The position numbers were made by a program, and so were the translations under genes. A stretch of 64,000 bases of DNA from Paracoccaceae bacterium (GTDB lineage: Bacteria > Pseudomonadota > Alphaproteobacteria > Rhodobacterales > Rhodobacteraceae): positions 56,922 to 120,921 of the forward strand of contig JBQTIT010000007.1 in NCBI GenBank assembly GCA_052387855.1. The letters run 5' to 3'. The notes under the pieces are model-generated. The model had not been told where the DNA came from, searched no databases, and saw only the letters and a program-made list of their open reading frames with translations. Shown piece after piece: positions 1 to 10,600 of this stretch; the stretch's first letter is position 1; each line of letters opens with the position of its first letter.

Positions 1-581
1 TGGTCCTGGGAAGCGAGCGGCTGACCTGGCGGCGGATGGCCGGGCTGATGCTGGGCTTTGCCGGCGTGATGATGATCGTGCTGCCCGAGGCCAGCCTGCC
101 GGACCGCGCCATGCTGGCCTTTCTGCCCGTGGCGATGGTCGGCCCGCTGTTCTATGCGCTGGAAAACACCTATGTCGCCCGCACCGGCCTTGCCGGGATG
201 GACCCGCTGCAAGCCATGTTCGGAACGCAGGTGGTGGCGCTCTTGCTCTGCGTGCCGGCGATGGGCCTGACCGGGCAATGGACCATGCTGCCCCTTCCGC
301 CGGGACCGGCCGAGGGCGCGCTTCTTGCCTCATCGGTGTTGCATGCGCTGCTTTATGCCACCTTTGTCTGGCTGGCGTCCCAGACCGGCGCGGTCTTTGC
401 CAGCCAGTCGTCCTATGTGGTCACCGCCTCGGGCATGGTGGCGGCGATGGTCTTGCTGGGAGAGAGGTTCAGCCCCTGGGTCCTGGCCGCGGCGGCGGTG
501 ATGCTTTGCGGAATCGCGCTGGTCAAACCCAGGTCGCCGCAGCCCGTCCGGGCGCCGGAGGCGCCCGTGCAAGGGATTTGA
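1..581 (+). CDS. DMT/EamA-family transporter, C-terminal part (5' end upstream of window)
   Basis: The frame is open from the window edge to TGA 579-581. The sequence is very hydrophobic and multi-TM with EamA-like helices (GFAGVMMIVLPE, LGERFSPWVLAAAAVMLCGIALV). Confidence 0.7.
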   Translation, partial: VLGSERLTWRRMAGLMLGFAGVMMIVLPEASLPDRAMLAFLPVAMVGPLFYALENTYVARTGLAGMDPLQAMFGTQVVALLLCVPAMGLTGQWTMLPLPPGPAEGALLASSVLHALLYATFVWLASQTGAVFASQSSYVVTASGMVAAMVLLGERFSPWVLAAAAVMLCGIALVKPRSPQPVRAPEAPVQGI

Positions 582-641
582 TTGTCAAATCCCGAAAATA
601 CACGCTATGTTTGGTCGAGATTTAATTCCGGAGGCGTCCAG

Positions 642-2426
642 ATGATCGGACTTGAATTGAGCCAGACCGCGCAGCCCGTCGTCGCCCTGACGATTCTTGC
701 CGTGATGTTCGCGTTGTTCGTTCGCGAGACCTATCCGATGGAGGTTGTGGCGCTTTCGGGCGCGGCCGTGATGGTCGTTTTGGGCATTCTGCCGATCAGC
801 GCGGCGTCGTCGGTGCTGTCAAACTCGGCGCCCTGGACCATTGCGTTGATGTTCATGGTGATGGGCGGGCTGGTGCGCACCGGCGCCGTGGAGATGATCA
901 TCGGGCTGGCCGAGCGTCACGTTGGCGACCGGCCCAAGACGACGATCGTCATCCTGTTCAGCTTCATCGCGCTTGCCTCGGCCTTCATGAACAACACGCC
1001 GCTGGTCGCGGTCATGATCCCGGTGGTCATTCAGATCGCGATGAAGATTGGCTCCTCCCCGTCCAAGCTGTTGATCCCGCTGAGCCATATGACGGTACTT
1101 GGCGGCATGATCACCCTGATCGGGACTTCGACCAACATTCTGGTCGACGGGGTGGCGGTCAAGGAGGGCATGGCGCATTTCAGCATGTTCGAAATCGCCC
1201 CGCTCGGCGTTGCCGTAACGCTGGCGGGCGGGCTCTACATGGCGCTGTTCGCCGCCCGCCTTCTGCCGGACCGGCAGACCATGGCGACGATGCTGGGCGA
1301 CCGCAAGCGCATGAAGTATTTCACCGAGGTTGCCATTCCCGAGGATTCGGTGCTGGTCGGCAAGCCCGTGTTGCAGGTCCAGCAGTTCAAACGCAGCGGC
1401 GTGCGGGTGATCGACGTTCTGCGCGGCGATGCCAGCCTGCGGCGCGATCTGGCCGTCGTGGTCCTGGAGGCCGGCGACCGCGTGGTTCTGCGCACCGAGA
1501 TGAGCGAGCTTCTGGGCATGCAGAACCGCACCGACATGCGTCTGGTGGACAAGCTTTCCTCGGTCGAAACCGAGACGGTCGAGGTGCTGATCACGCCCGG
1601 ATGCCGGATGGTCGGCCGCACCTTGGGCGAATTGCGCCTGCGCCGCCGCTATGGCGTCTACGTTCTGGCGGCGCACCGGCGCAGCCAGAACATCGGGCGG
1701 CAACTGGATGAGCTGGTGGTCCAGCTTGGCGATACGCTGTTGCTTGAGGGCACGCAGCAGGACATCAAGCGTCTGGCCGAGGACATGGACATGGTCGACG
1801 TCAGCCATCCGACGCAAAAGGCCTTTCGCCGGCACAAGGCGCCACTGGCCATAGGGGCGCTGGCCCTGGTCGTGCTCTTGTCCTCGCTCGATGTGGCGCC
1901 GATCCTGGTGCTGGCCTTCCTGGCGGTCAGCCTGATCCTCTTGACGCGCTGCGTGGACAGCGACGAGGCGCTGGGCTTTGTCGACGGGCGCCTGATGGCG
2001 ATGATCTTTGCCATGCTGGCGGTGGGCGAGGGGCTGGACCAGTCCGGCGCGGTGGCCCTGATCGTTGCCGCCGTGCAGCCCTGGATGGAAGGGCTTCCGC
2101 CCTTTGCCATGATCCTTGCGATCTACCTGCTGGGTCTGGTTCTGACCGAGTTTCTGTCGAACAACGCAGTGGCAGTGATCTACACCCCGATCGTCATTCA
2201 ATTGGCCAACCAGTTGGGCGTTGACCCGCGCCCCTTTGTCGTGGCGGTGATGTTCAGCGCCACCCTGGCCTTTGCCACCCCGATCGGCTATCAGACCAAC
2301 ATGATGGTCTACGGGCCCGGCGGCTACAAGTTCACGGACTTTACCCGCATCGGTCTGCCGCTGAACGTGATCATCTGGCTGTTGTGTTCGGCGCTGATCC
2401 CGCTGATCTGGCCGCTTTACCCCTGA
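642..2426 (+). CDS. SLC13/DASS-type anion permease with two central TrkA-C (RCK_C) domains
   Basis: ATG 642 is preceded by GGAGG at 629-633. Hydrophobic N- and C-terminal halves flank two soluble repeats (VLVGKPVLQVQQFKRSGVRVIDVLRGD...GDRVVLRTE and MVGRTLGELRLRRRYGVYVLAAHRR...GDTLLLEGT), which is typical of TrkA-C inserts. Confidence 0.8.
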   Translation: MIGLELSQTAQPVVALTILAVMFALFVRETYPMEVVALSGAAVMVVLGILPISAASSVLSNSAPWTIALMFMVMGGLVRTGAVEMIIGLAERHVGDRPKTTIVILFSFIALASAFMNNTPLVAVMIPVVIQIAMKIGSSPSKLLIPLSHMTVLGGMITLIGTSTNILVDGVAVKEGMAHFSMFEIAPLGVAVTLAGGLYMALFAARLLPDRQTMATMLGDRKRMKYFTEVAIPEDSVLVGKPVLQVQQFKRSGVRVIDVLRGDASLRRDLAVVVLEAGDRVVLRTEMSELLGMQNRTDMRLVDKLSSVETETVEVLITPGCRMVGRTLGELRLRRRYGVYVLAAHRRSQNIGRQLDELVVQLGDTLLLEGTQQDIKRLAEDMDMVDVSHPTQKAFRRHKAPLAIGALALVVLLSSLDVAPILVLAFLAVSLILLTRCVDSDEALGFVDGRLMAMIFAMLAVGEGLDQSGAVALIVAAVQPWMEGLPPFAMILAIYLLGLVLTEFLSNNAVAVIYTPIVIQLANQLGVDPRPFVVAVMFSATLAFATPIGYQTNMMVYGPGGYKFTDFTRIGLPLNVIIWLLCSALIPLIWPLYP

Positions 2427-2504
2427 CCGGGCCGGGGGCTTGCCGCCGCCCCGCCCGCTGGTGTAGAGGGACCCATCACCGAAAAGGCACCGGAGTTCAG
2501 GGTC

Positions 2505-3245
2505 ATGGCAGGCCATTCAAAATGGGCGAACATCCAGCACCGCAAGGGCAAGCAGGATGGCATCCGCTCCAGAATGTTTTCCAAGCTGTCAAAGGAAATC
2601 ACCGTCGCGGCCAAGATGGGCGATCCGGACCCCGACAAGAATCCCCGCCTGCGTCTGGCGGTCAAGGCGGCCAAGGCGGTCTCCATGCCCAAGGACGTGA
2701 TCGACCGCGCCATCAAGAAAAGCACGATGGGCGATGCGGCCGACTATACCGAAATCCGGTATGAGGGTTACGGCGCGGGCGGCATCGCGATCATCGTCGA
2801 GGCGATGACGGACAACCTCAACCGGACCGCGTCGAACGTGCGCAGCTATTTCACGAAATGCGGCGGCAACATGGGGCAGACCGGGTCTGTCAGCCACGGC
2901 TTTGACCGCGTGGGCGAGATTTCCTATCCCGTGGGCGCAGGCTCGGCCGATGACGTGATGATGGCGGCGCTGGAGGCCGGGGCGGACGATGTCGAATCCG
3001 ACGACGAGGGGCACTGGATCTATTGCGCCGTCGAAGCGCTGAACGAGGTTTCCGACGCGCTGGAAAAGGCGCTGGGCGAGTCCAGCGAATCCAAGCTGGT
3101 CTGGAAACCCCAGTCGCGGACCGAGGTCGATCTGGACACCGCGCAAAAGCTGATGCGGCTGGTCGACATGCTGGAAGAGGATGACGACGTGCAGACCGTC
3201 ACCCACAACTTCGACATCCCCGAGGATGTGGCCGCGCAGCTTTGA
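2505..3245 (+). CDS. yebC: YebC/PmpR-family transcriptional regulator
   Basis: Hallmark N-terminus [18 protein letters not shown], and a length of 246 aa that fits the family. Confidence 0.93.
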   Translation: MAGHSKWANIQHRKGKQDGIRSRMFSKLSKEITVAAKMGDPDPDKNPRLRLAVKAAKAVSMPKDVIDRAIKKSTMGDAADYTEIRYEGYGAGGIAIIVEAMTDNLNRTASNVRSYFTKCGGNMGQTGSVSHGFDRVGEISYPVGAGSADDVMMAALEAGADDVESDDEGHWIYCAVEALNEVSDALEKALGESSESKLVWKPQSRTEVDLDTAQKLMRLVDMLEEDDDVQTVTHNFDIPEDVAAQL

Positions 3246-3318
3246 CGCGCTGCGCGCCCGGTTGACCCGGGGCGCGGCCTGTGGTTGATCGACGCCTCGG
3301 ACAGGATTGGGAGAGGAC

Positions 3319-3708
3319 ATGGCGGCAGTGACGGATTTGCAGGCGATGCTGCGCGGTATGCGCCCGGTGCTTGCCCCCGCGCCCTATGGCATCGTGTCGG
3401 TCCCGGTGCTGCCCGCCGGGCTGAAGCCCTTTGCCACGGTGGCCGAAGCCGAGGGCCTGACGCTTGTCGCGGAAAGTGCGGCCCTCGCGGCTGCGGGATT
3501 GGGGACCGAAAGCGACTGGGCGCTGATCAGCCTGACGCTGCATTCGGACCTTGCGGCGGTCGGGTTGACAGGGGCCTTTGCGACGGCGCTGGCCGATGAG
3601 GGCATCAGCGCCAATGTGATCGCGGGGTATTTCCATGACCACATTCTGGTGCAATGGGCCCGGCGTGAGGATGCCATGGCGGCCCTGACGCGGTTGTCGC
3701 ATGCTTGA
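3319..3708 (+). CDS. ACT-domain-like small protein (function unknown)
   Basis: 129-aa ORF. ATG 3319 is preceded by GAGAGG. The C-terminal part (ALISLTLHSDLAAVGLTGAFATALADEGISANVIAGYFHDHILV) resembles ACT ligand-binding folds. It overlaps the next gene by 8 nt. Confidence 0.55.
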   Translation: MAAVTDLQAMLRGMRPVLAPAPYGIVSVPVLPAGLKPFATVAEAEGLTLVAESAALAAAGLGTESDWALISLTLHSDLAAVGLTGAFATALADEGISANVIAGYFHDHILVQWARREDAMAALTRLSHA

Positions 3709-4306
3709 GGCGGCGCTACAGGGCTATCTGGTCTCGATCAGCCTGATCCTGGCCATCGGCGCGCAGAACGCCTTTGTGCTGCGACAGGGCATCCGGCGCG
3801 AGCATGTGCTGGCCGTGGTCGCGGTTTGCGCCATCTCTGACGCCATCCTGATCGGGGCGGGGGTGACCGGCTTTGGTGCGGCCTCGGCCCGGTTTCCCTG
3901 GCTGGGCGAGGCGATGCGTTGGGGCGGGGTCGCCTTTCTGCTGGTCTACGGCGCCTTGCGCTTTCGTGCCGCCCTGCGCGGCGGCGAGGCGCTGAGCCCC
4001 GCCGGCGGGCCAAGCGTCAGCCTTGCCTCGGCCCTTGGCACCTGCCTGGTGCTGACCTGGGCCAATCCGCATGTCTATCTGGACACCGTGGCGCTGATCG
4101 GGTCGATCTCGGCGCAATATGCGCCGCATCAGACCGCCTTTGGCATCGCGGCCGCCCTTGGCTCGCTGTCGTTCTTTTCGGGCCTGGGCTTTGGCGCCCG
4201 GTTCCTGGCGCCGCTCTTTGCCCGGCCCGCGGCCTGGGTGGTGCTTGAGGTGGCCATCGGCCTGACGATGTGGGCCATCGCGGCCGGTCTGGCGCTTGGG
4301 GCCTGA
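3701..4306 (+). CDS. argO: LysE/ArgO-family basic amino-acid exporter
   Basis: N-terminal GAQNAFVLRQGIRRE motif parallels E. coli ArgO GPQNAFVMNQGIRRQ. 201 aa, about 6 TM helices. Confidence 0.8.
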   Translation: MLEAALQGYLVSISLILAIGAQNAFVLRQGIRREHVLAVVAVCAISDAILIGAGVTGFGAASARFPWLGEAMRWGGVAFLLVYGALRFRAALRGGEALSPAGGPSVSLASALGTCLVLTWANPHVYLDTVALIGSISAQYAPHQTAFGIAAALGSLSFFSGLGFGARFLAPLFARPAAWVVLEVAIGLTMWAIAAGLALGA

Positions 4307-4417
4307 GCGCCCGGCACCGCGCCGTTGCGGCGGCGAAAGGGCCGGCGCGCGGCGGGATCAGCGGTTCTTAACAGCCTGTTCCTAGGGTCGCCCCTCAAGC
4401 GCATCCTGGAGGCCCCC

Positions 4418-6184
4418 ATGTCCGATCAGTCGACGATCCTGTCGCTGCCCCACATTCTGCCGTCACAGGCGCAAAAGCACGTCACCCACAACGAGGCGCT
4501 GCGGCTCCTTGACGTGATGGTGCAACTGTCCGTGACGCAGCGCACGCTCGGCGCGCCTCCGGCCAGCCCGGCGCTGGGGGACCGCCATATCGTCGGGGTT
4601 GCGCCGACCGGGGACTGGGCGGCGCATCAGGACGAGATCGCGCTGTGGAACGGTTCGGCCTGGGAATTCTTTGCCCCCCTTCAGGGCTGGCGCGCCTATG
4701 TCGCGGGCGAAGCGGCGGTCCTGGTCTATGACGGCAGCGGCTGGACCATGCCGGGCGGCATGGCCGAGTTCGACCGTCTGGGCGTGGCCATGCCGGCCGA
4801 TGCCGTCAACAAGCTCGCGGTCGCGGCGCCGGCGGCGCTGTTCACCAACCCCGCCGGCTCGCACCAGATGGCGATCAGCAAGGCGGCGGCGGGCGACACC
4901 GGATCGGTGCTGTTCCAGCAGAACTTTGTCAGCCATGCCGAGATCGGGCTGGTCGGCGACAATGACCTTGCGGTCAAGGTCAGCCCGGACGGGTCCAGCT
5001 TTCAAGGCGCGCTGCGGGCGGACCGCACCAGCGGCCGCGTCACCTTTGACCAGCCGCTGCGGCTGGCGCCGGCCGCCGGCGATGCCGTGGGGGTTGGCGA
5101 CGGCTTTCTGTGGTACAACGCCACCACCGGCAAATTCCGGGCGCGGCAGGCTGGGGCCGATGTCGATCTGATCGGCGCGGGCGCCGGGTCGGGCGATGTC
5201 GTGGGCCCGGCTGCCGCCAGCGACCATGCGCTGGCAAGGTTCGATCTGGCGACGGGCAAGCTGTTGCAGAATTCGGCGGTCACGCTTTCGGATGCGGGCG
5301 ATCTGGCCCTGCCCACGGGCGACTGGCCGGCCGGGGCCTGGACGCTGGCGCGCGCGGCGGGCGCGAACGGCGCGCTCAGCCTGTCCCAGCGCGGGACCGG
5401 GGCGTTGCAGCTTGTCGCCACGGACGCCGCCGAGATCGGGTTTTCCACCAATGGCGCCACACGGGCCCGGCTGTCCGCGACCGGCGCCTTTCTGCCCGGC
5501 GCCAATCTGGGCACCCCGATCGGAGAGCTTGCGACCCGGTTTTCGGAGATCTTCGCCCAGAAGGTGAATCTCGGCTCCACCTCGGCCGACGGGGTCGCTC
5601 TGTCCACCGGGGCCGGTGCGCCCGAAGGTGTGGTGACGGGCAGCGTCGGCTCGGTCTATCTTCGCGGCGACGGCGCGGGCGGGACCAGCCTTTACGTCAA
5701 GGAAAGCGGCGCGGGCAACACCGGCTGGACCGCCTTTCAGGCCGATCGCTGGACCTATCTCAAGTTGGCGGCCGACAGCGTCGTCAGCACCGTCGCCCAT
5801 GCGGATGTGGCCGGGATGTCCTTTACCGCGCTGGCCGACACGGTCTACGAGATCGAGATCTTTGGCGCCATGCAGTCGGCGGCAACGACGACCGGCATCG
5901 GCGTCGCCCTCAAGATCCCCAGCGGCACGGTTGACGGCATGACCATCGTGCCGAACACCACCACCAGCATCCAGGCCGCCATGCAGCGGGCCGACGATGC
6001 CATCGCCGCCCCGACCACGGCGGTCGCCACGGCGGCCGTGAACTGGCCGATCTTCGGCAAGTATCTTGTCGCGGTCGGCGCCACCGGCGGGGCGGTCCAG
6101 CTTCGCCAGCGGTCCGAGGTCGCGGGCAGCAGCACCACCCTGATGGCGGGCCTGCGGATGAAGGTCCGCCAGATCCCCGCCTGA
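4418..6184 (+). CDS. Phage/GTA tail-fibre-like protein (DUF2793-like N-terminus), orphan
   Basis: ATG 4418 lies 5 nt after GGAGG (4408-4412). N-terminus LSLPHILPSQAQKHVTHNEALRLLDVMVQLSV. Fibre-type motifs VVGPAAASDHALARFDLATGKLLQNS and SLYVKESGAGNTGW. A separate C-terminal domain of about 150 aa. Confidence 0.75.
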   Translation: MSDQSTILSLPHILPSQAQKHVTHNEALRLLDVMVQLSVTQRTLGAPPASPALGDRHIVGVAPTGDWAAHQDEIALWNGSAWEFFAPLQGWRAYVAGEAAVLVYDGSGWTMPGGMAEFDRLGVAMPADAVNKLAVAAPAALFTNPAGSHQMAISKAAAGDTGSVLFQQNFVSHAEIGLVGDNDLAVKVSPDGSSFQGALRADRTSGRVTFDQPLRLAPAAGDAVGVGDGFLWYNATTGKFRARQAGADVDLIGAGAGSGDVVGPAAASDHALARFDLATGKLLQNSAVTLSDAGDLALPTGDWPAGAWTLARAAGANGALSLSQRGTGALQLVATDAAEIGFSTNGATRARLSATGAFLPGANLGTPIGELATRFSEIFAQKVNLGSTSADGVALSTGAGAPEGVVTGSVGSVYLRGDGAGGTSLYVKESGAGNTGWTAFQADRWTYLKLAADSVVSTVAHADVAGMSFTALADTVYEIEIFGAMQSAATTTGIGVALKIPSGTVDGMTIVPNTTTSIQAAMQRADDAIAAPTTAVATAAVNWPIFGKYLVAVGATGGAVQLRQRSEVAGSSTTLMAGLRMKVRQIPA

Positions 6185-6280
6185 TCCGCGCCTTCGGTCC
6201 GCCCCGGTTCTCCCGATCCCGTTTGACAGGCTGCTGGCGGCTTTCTTTGCAGGGCCGGCGGGTTTTGGCGGCGGGGTATC

Positions 6281-7594
6281 ATGAAGATCGCGATGATCGG
6301 GACGGGCTATGTCGGGCTTGTCTCAGGGGTGTGTTTTTCCGACTTTGGCCATGACGTGGTCTGCGTCGACAAGAACCCCGACAAGATCGCGGCCCTTCAG
6401 CGCGGCGAGGTTCCGATCTTCGAGCCGGGGCTTGACCAGCTTCTGGCCAGGAACATCGCCGCCGGGCGGCTGGGCTTCACGCTCGATCTGGCCGCGGCGG
6501 TGGCGGGGGCGGATGCCGTCTTCATCGCGGTGGGCACGCCGGCGCGGCGCGGCGATGGCCATGCCGACCTGAGCTTTGTCATGCAGGCGGCGGCCGAGAT
6601 CGGCCGGGCGCTGACCGGACCTGCGGTGATCGTGACCAAGTCCACGGTTCCGGTCGGCACCAACCGCAAGCTGGCCGCGGCGATCCGCGCCGCCAATCCG
6701 GATGCCGACTTCGACGTCGCCTCGAACCCCGAGTTCCTGCGCGAGGGCGCGGCCATCGACGACTTCATGCGCCCGGACCGCGTGGTGGTCGGGGTCGAGA
6801 GCAAGCGGGCGGAAAAGGTGCTGGCCGACATCTACCGGCCGCTGTTTCTGCGCGAGTTTCCGATCGTCTTCACCGGCCTGGAAAGCGCCGAGATGATCAA
6901 ATACGCCGCCAACGCCTTTCTGGCCGCCAAGATCACCTTCATCAACGAGATCGCCGCGCTCAGCGAGCGGACCGGCGCCGACATCAAGGAAGTGGCCCGG
7001 GGCATCGGCCTTGACGGGCGGATCGGCAACAGGTTCCTGCACGCGGGTCCCGGCTATGGCGGAAGCTGCTTTCCCAAGGATACCAGGGCCTTGGCGCGGA
7101 TCGGGCAAGAGCACGGCGTGCCGATGCAGATCACCGAGACGGTGATCAAGGTCAACGAAGAGATCAAGCGGCGGATGATCGACAAGATCGTCGATCTGTG
7201 CGGCGGGGTGGTCAGCGGCAAGACGATCGGCGTGCTTGGGGTGACGTTCAAGCCCGACACCGACGACATGCGCGAGGCGCCCAGCCTGACCATCGTCCCC
7301 GCGCTGGTGGGCGCCGGGGCGCGGCTGCGCGTGGCCGACCCGCAGGGCCGGCGCGAGGGCGAGGCGCTGTTGCCGGGGGTGAAGTGGGTGGACAGCGCCT
7401 ATCAGGCGGCGCAGGGGGCCGACCTGCTGGTGATCCTGACCGAGTGGAACGAATATCGCGGGCTGGACCTGCAACGGCTGGCGCGCCGGATGACCCGCCC
7501 CGCCATGGCCGACCTGCGCAACCTCTACGACCCGGCCGAGGTCCTGGCCGCCGGATTCGTGGCCTATGTCGGCGTCGGGCGCCAGGGGACCTGA
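6281..7594 (+). CDS. ugd: UDP-glucose 6-dehydrogenase
   Basis: MKIAMIGTGYVGLVSGVCFSDFGHDVVCVDK Rossmann N-terminus and the catalytic GGSCFPKD motif. 437 aa. Confidence 0.95.
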   Translation: MKIAMIGTGYVGLVSGVCFSDFGHDVVCVDKNPDKIAALQRGEVPIFEPGLDQLLARNIAAGRLGFTLDLAAAVAGADAVFIAVGTPARRGDGHADLSFVMQAAAEIGRALTGPAVIVTKSTVPVGTNRKLAAAIRAANPDADFDVASNPEFLREGAAIDDFMRPDRVVVGVESKRAEKVLADIYRPLFLREFPIVFTGLESAEMIKYAANAFLAAKITFINEIAALSERTGADIKEVARGIGLDGRIGNRFLHAGPGYGGSCFPKDTRALARIGQEHGVPMQITETVIKVNEEIKRRMIDKIVDLCGGVVSGKTIGVLGVTFKPDTDDMREAPSLTIVPALVGAGARLRVADPQGRREGEALLPGVKWVDSAYQAAQGADLLVILTEWNEYRGLDLQRLARRMTRPAMADLRNLYDPAEVLAAGFVAYVGVGRQGT

Positions 7595-7687
7595 GCCTTC
7601 CGGAATCAGTGACTCAAGGCGCCCGGCAGGCTATGTGATCCCTGCGCGCCCGGGGTTCGGCGGCGGGTCTGGGGTCGGACTTTACGG

Positions 7688-10600
7688 ATGCAGTCGGCAC
7701 GCATGATCCTTTGTCTTGGTCCGCACCGGACCGGCACCTCTGCCGTGGCGGCGGCGCTTGCGGCCCTTGGAGCCGAGACCGGTATCGCCTGGGCCGATGC
7801 CAGCGCGGAAGGCGCCAGGGGTTCTTTCGAGCATCCGGGCCTGGTCGCGCTGAACGAGCGCCTTCTGGCGGCCTTGGGCGGGGCGTGGGATTCGGCGGTC
7901 TTTCGGGGCGGCCCGGCCATCGCAGCGGCGGGGAGCGGGCTGGATCCGCTGCGCGCCGAGGCGCTGGACCTTTTGCGCCGCAGCTTCCGCCCCGGGCAGA
8001 CCGCGCTGCTGATGGACCCAAGGCTGTGCCTGCTGCTCGATTTCTGGCTGCCGGTGATCGCCGAGGCGGGGTTTTCGCGGATCGACATGGTGCATGTGCT
8101 GCGCGATCCCCTGGCGGCGGCGCTGTCGCACCGGCGGCGCAGCCGGCGCCGGCCGGAGGGCGGCGATTTCGGCGCCGAACTGCCCGAGGGCGCGGCGCTG
8201 TGGCTGTCCTGCATGGGCCAGATGTGGGACGGCTTTGATCGCGGGCGCCATCTGGTGGTGTCCTTTGATGCCCTGCTCGGCCAGCCCGGAGCCACACTGC
8301 GGCGGCTGGCCGGATTTGCCGGGCTGCCTGTCGATGAAGCACGCATCGCCGCCGCCTCGGCCGGAGTCCTCGATCCGGCCTTGACGGGGCCCCCGCCGGC
8401 GCCCCTGGACCGGGCGGCGGTCGAACAGGCCCTGCCGCAGGCGCCGGGCGCCTTTGCGGCGCTGATGCCGCTTGCGGCGAAGGGCGCGCTTTCCCGCGCC
8501 GATGTTGCTGCCGTCTGTGGTCTGGCCCTGGCCGCCGGCCCGGCGATCGAGCGCATCCAGAGCGCCGCGCTGGCCCGGCTGCCGGCCAGCCGGCGCGCCC
8601 CGGCCGCGGCGGCGGCGCGGCCCGCGCCGCAGCGCGCGGCGGGCCGGTTGGCGCGCGCCGCTTGGGCGGGCATCGGCGCCGGCTGGATTCGCGTCAACCA
8701 TCTGGTCCGGTGGGCCCATCAGGGGGTCTCGGCCCGCGCGCCCCGCTGCGCCGAGCGTCTGCGGCGCCTGCTGTGGCCCGCCCTCGCGGCCGCCAACCTG
8801 GCCATCCTGGGAACAAGACATGTTCCCGCCCCGCGCACCACGATCGCCCCCAAGCCGGGGCAGACCATCCATCCGTTCGACTATCAGGCGCCGATGCCGG
8901 GCGGGCCCTATCGCCCGCTCGTCTCGGTCATCGTGCCGAACTACAACCACGCCCCGTTCCTGCGTCAGCGGCTGGACAGCATCTATGGCCAGAGCTGGCC
9001 CCGTTTCGAGGTCATCCTGTTGGATGACGGCTCCGGCGACGACAGCCGTGCCATCTTGCAGGACTACGCCGCGCGCCATGCCGACCGCACGCGGGTGATC
9101 CTGAACGACAAGAATTCGGGCAGCGCCTTTCGCCAATGGGAAAAGGGGATGGCGGCCGCGCGGGGCGATCTGATCTGGATCGCCGAGAGCGACGACTGGT
9201 GCTCGGCCAATTTTCTGGAAACGCTGGTGCCGTTCTTTGCCAACCCGGCCGTGCAACTGGCCTATGCGCCGTCCGTTTTCATGAACGGTGCCGGCGATCG
9301 GCAGATCTGGTCCATGGCCGAATACCTTTCTGATCTGGGGCCCGAGCGTTGGGACAAGGCCTTTGTCATCCCCGCGCCCAGGATCGTGCGCGAGGCTTTT
9401 GCCGAACGGAACATCATCCCCAACGTCTCGTCGGCGCTCATGCGCCGGATCGAGCGGCCCGAGGCGCTGGAGGCGGATGTCTGGCGCGGCATGCGCACCT
9501 GCGGCGACTGGGTGTTCTATCTGAACCTGATGCGCGGGGGCCTTCTGGCCTATTCGCCCGACGCGCAGAATTTCTACCGGATGCACGGGGCCAACACCTC
9601 GGCTCTCTCGCACACGACCGACAGCTATTACATCGAACACGAGACGGTCGCCCGCTGCGTGCAGCGTCACTACTCGGTCGACCCTTTGGTGTTTCAGCGC
9701 CAGCGTCAGGCCTTGATCCGGCACTGGACCCGCAAGCGGCCCCGCTTTGTGTCGGCCGAGTTCGATGCCTGCTACAGCCTGCCCAGGATCATGGCCGAGG
9801 CCAGGCTGCGCAAGCCGCGCCTGATGATGGCCGGGTTCGCCTTTTGCTCGGGCGGCGGCGAGACCTTTCCCATCACCCTGGCCAATCTGATGAAGTCGGC
9901 CGGCTACGATGTGACCTATCTCAACTGCCGCCAGGCGCCGGAGGTTCCCGGCATTCGCGGCCTGCTGGCCCGTGACATTCCGGTGGTGACGAATTTCGAG
10001 GACCTGAACGGCATCCTGCGCGATTTCGAGATCGAGGTGATCCACTCGCATCACGCCTGGACCGACAACACCATCCTTGATCTTATGCCCGAGAGCTCGC
10101 CGGTCAAGACGGTGATCACCCTGCACGGCATGTACGAAACCCTGACGGACGACCAGTTGCGCCAGACGCTGCCCAGGCTGGACCGACGCACCGGCGCGAT
10201 GGTCCATGTCGCGGAAAAGAACATTTCCGCCTGGACCAGGCTCGGCAGGCCGATTCCCCGGCAGATGAGGCAGATCGACAACGCGCTGGCCGATGGGCCG
10301 GTCACTCCGGTGGCGCGCGCGGCGCTGGGGATCGGGCCGGGGGCATTTGTGCTTGTCGTGGTTTCGCGCGCCATCGCGCCCAAGGGCTGGCAAGAAGCGA
10401 TCGAGGCCGTCACCCTGGCACGGCGGACGCTAAAGCGGGATCTGCACCTGGTGCTGGTCGGCGACGGGCCGGAATGCGAGCGGCTGCGCGGCAAGACGCC
10501 GCCTTTCGTGCATCTTGAGGGCTTTCGCAGCAACCCGCGCGACTATTTCGCCATGGCCGACGCCGGCCTGCTGCCGACGCGCTTTCCCTGCGAAAGCTTT

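Noticed and set aside
7682-10393. Very long antisense or alternative-frame ORFs, such as the 903-aa ORF at 7682-10393 (minus strand). Others lie at 819-2516 (-), 13845-15848 (-), 28987-32538 (+), 34620-36080 (+), 49902-52568 (-) and 54620-56386 (-).
   Set aside because: Their translations are Arg/Gly/Pro/Ala/His-rich low-complexity strings with no motifs. They lie opposite or out of frame to ORFs with clear family signatures. This is the typical stop-codon-poor shadow-frame artefact of high-GC DNA.
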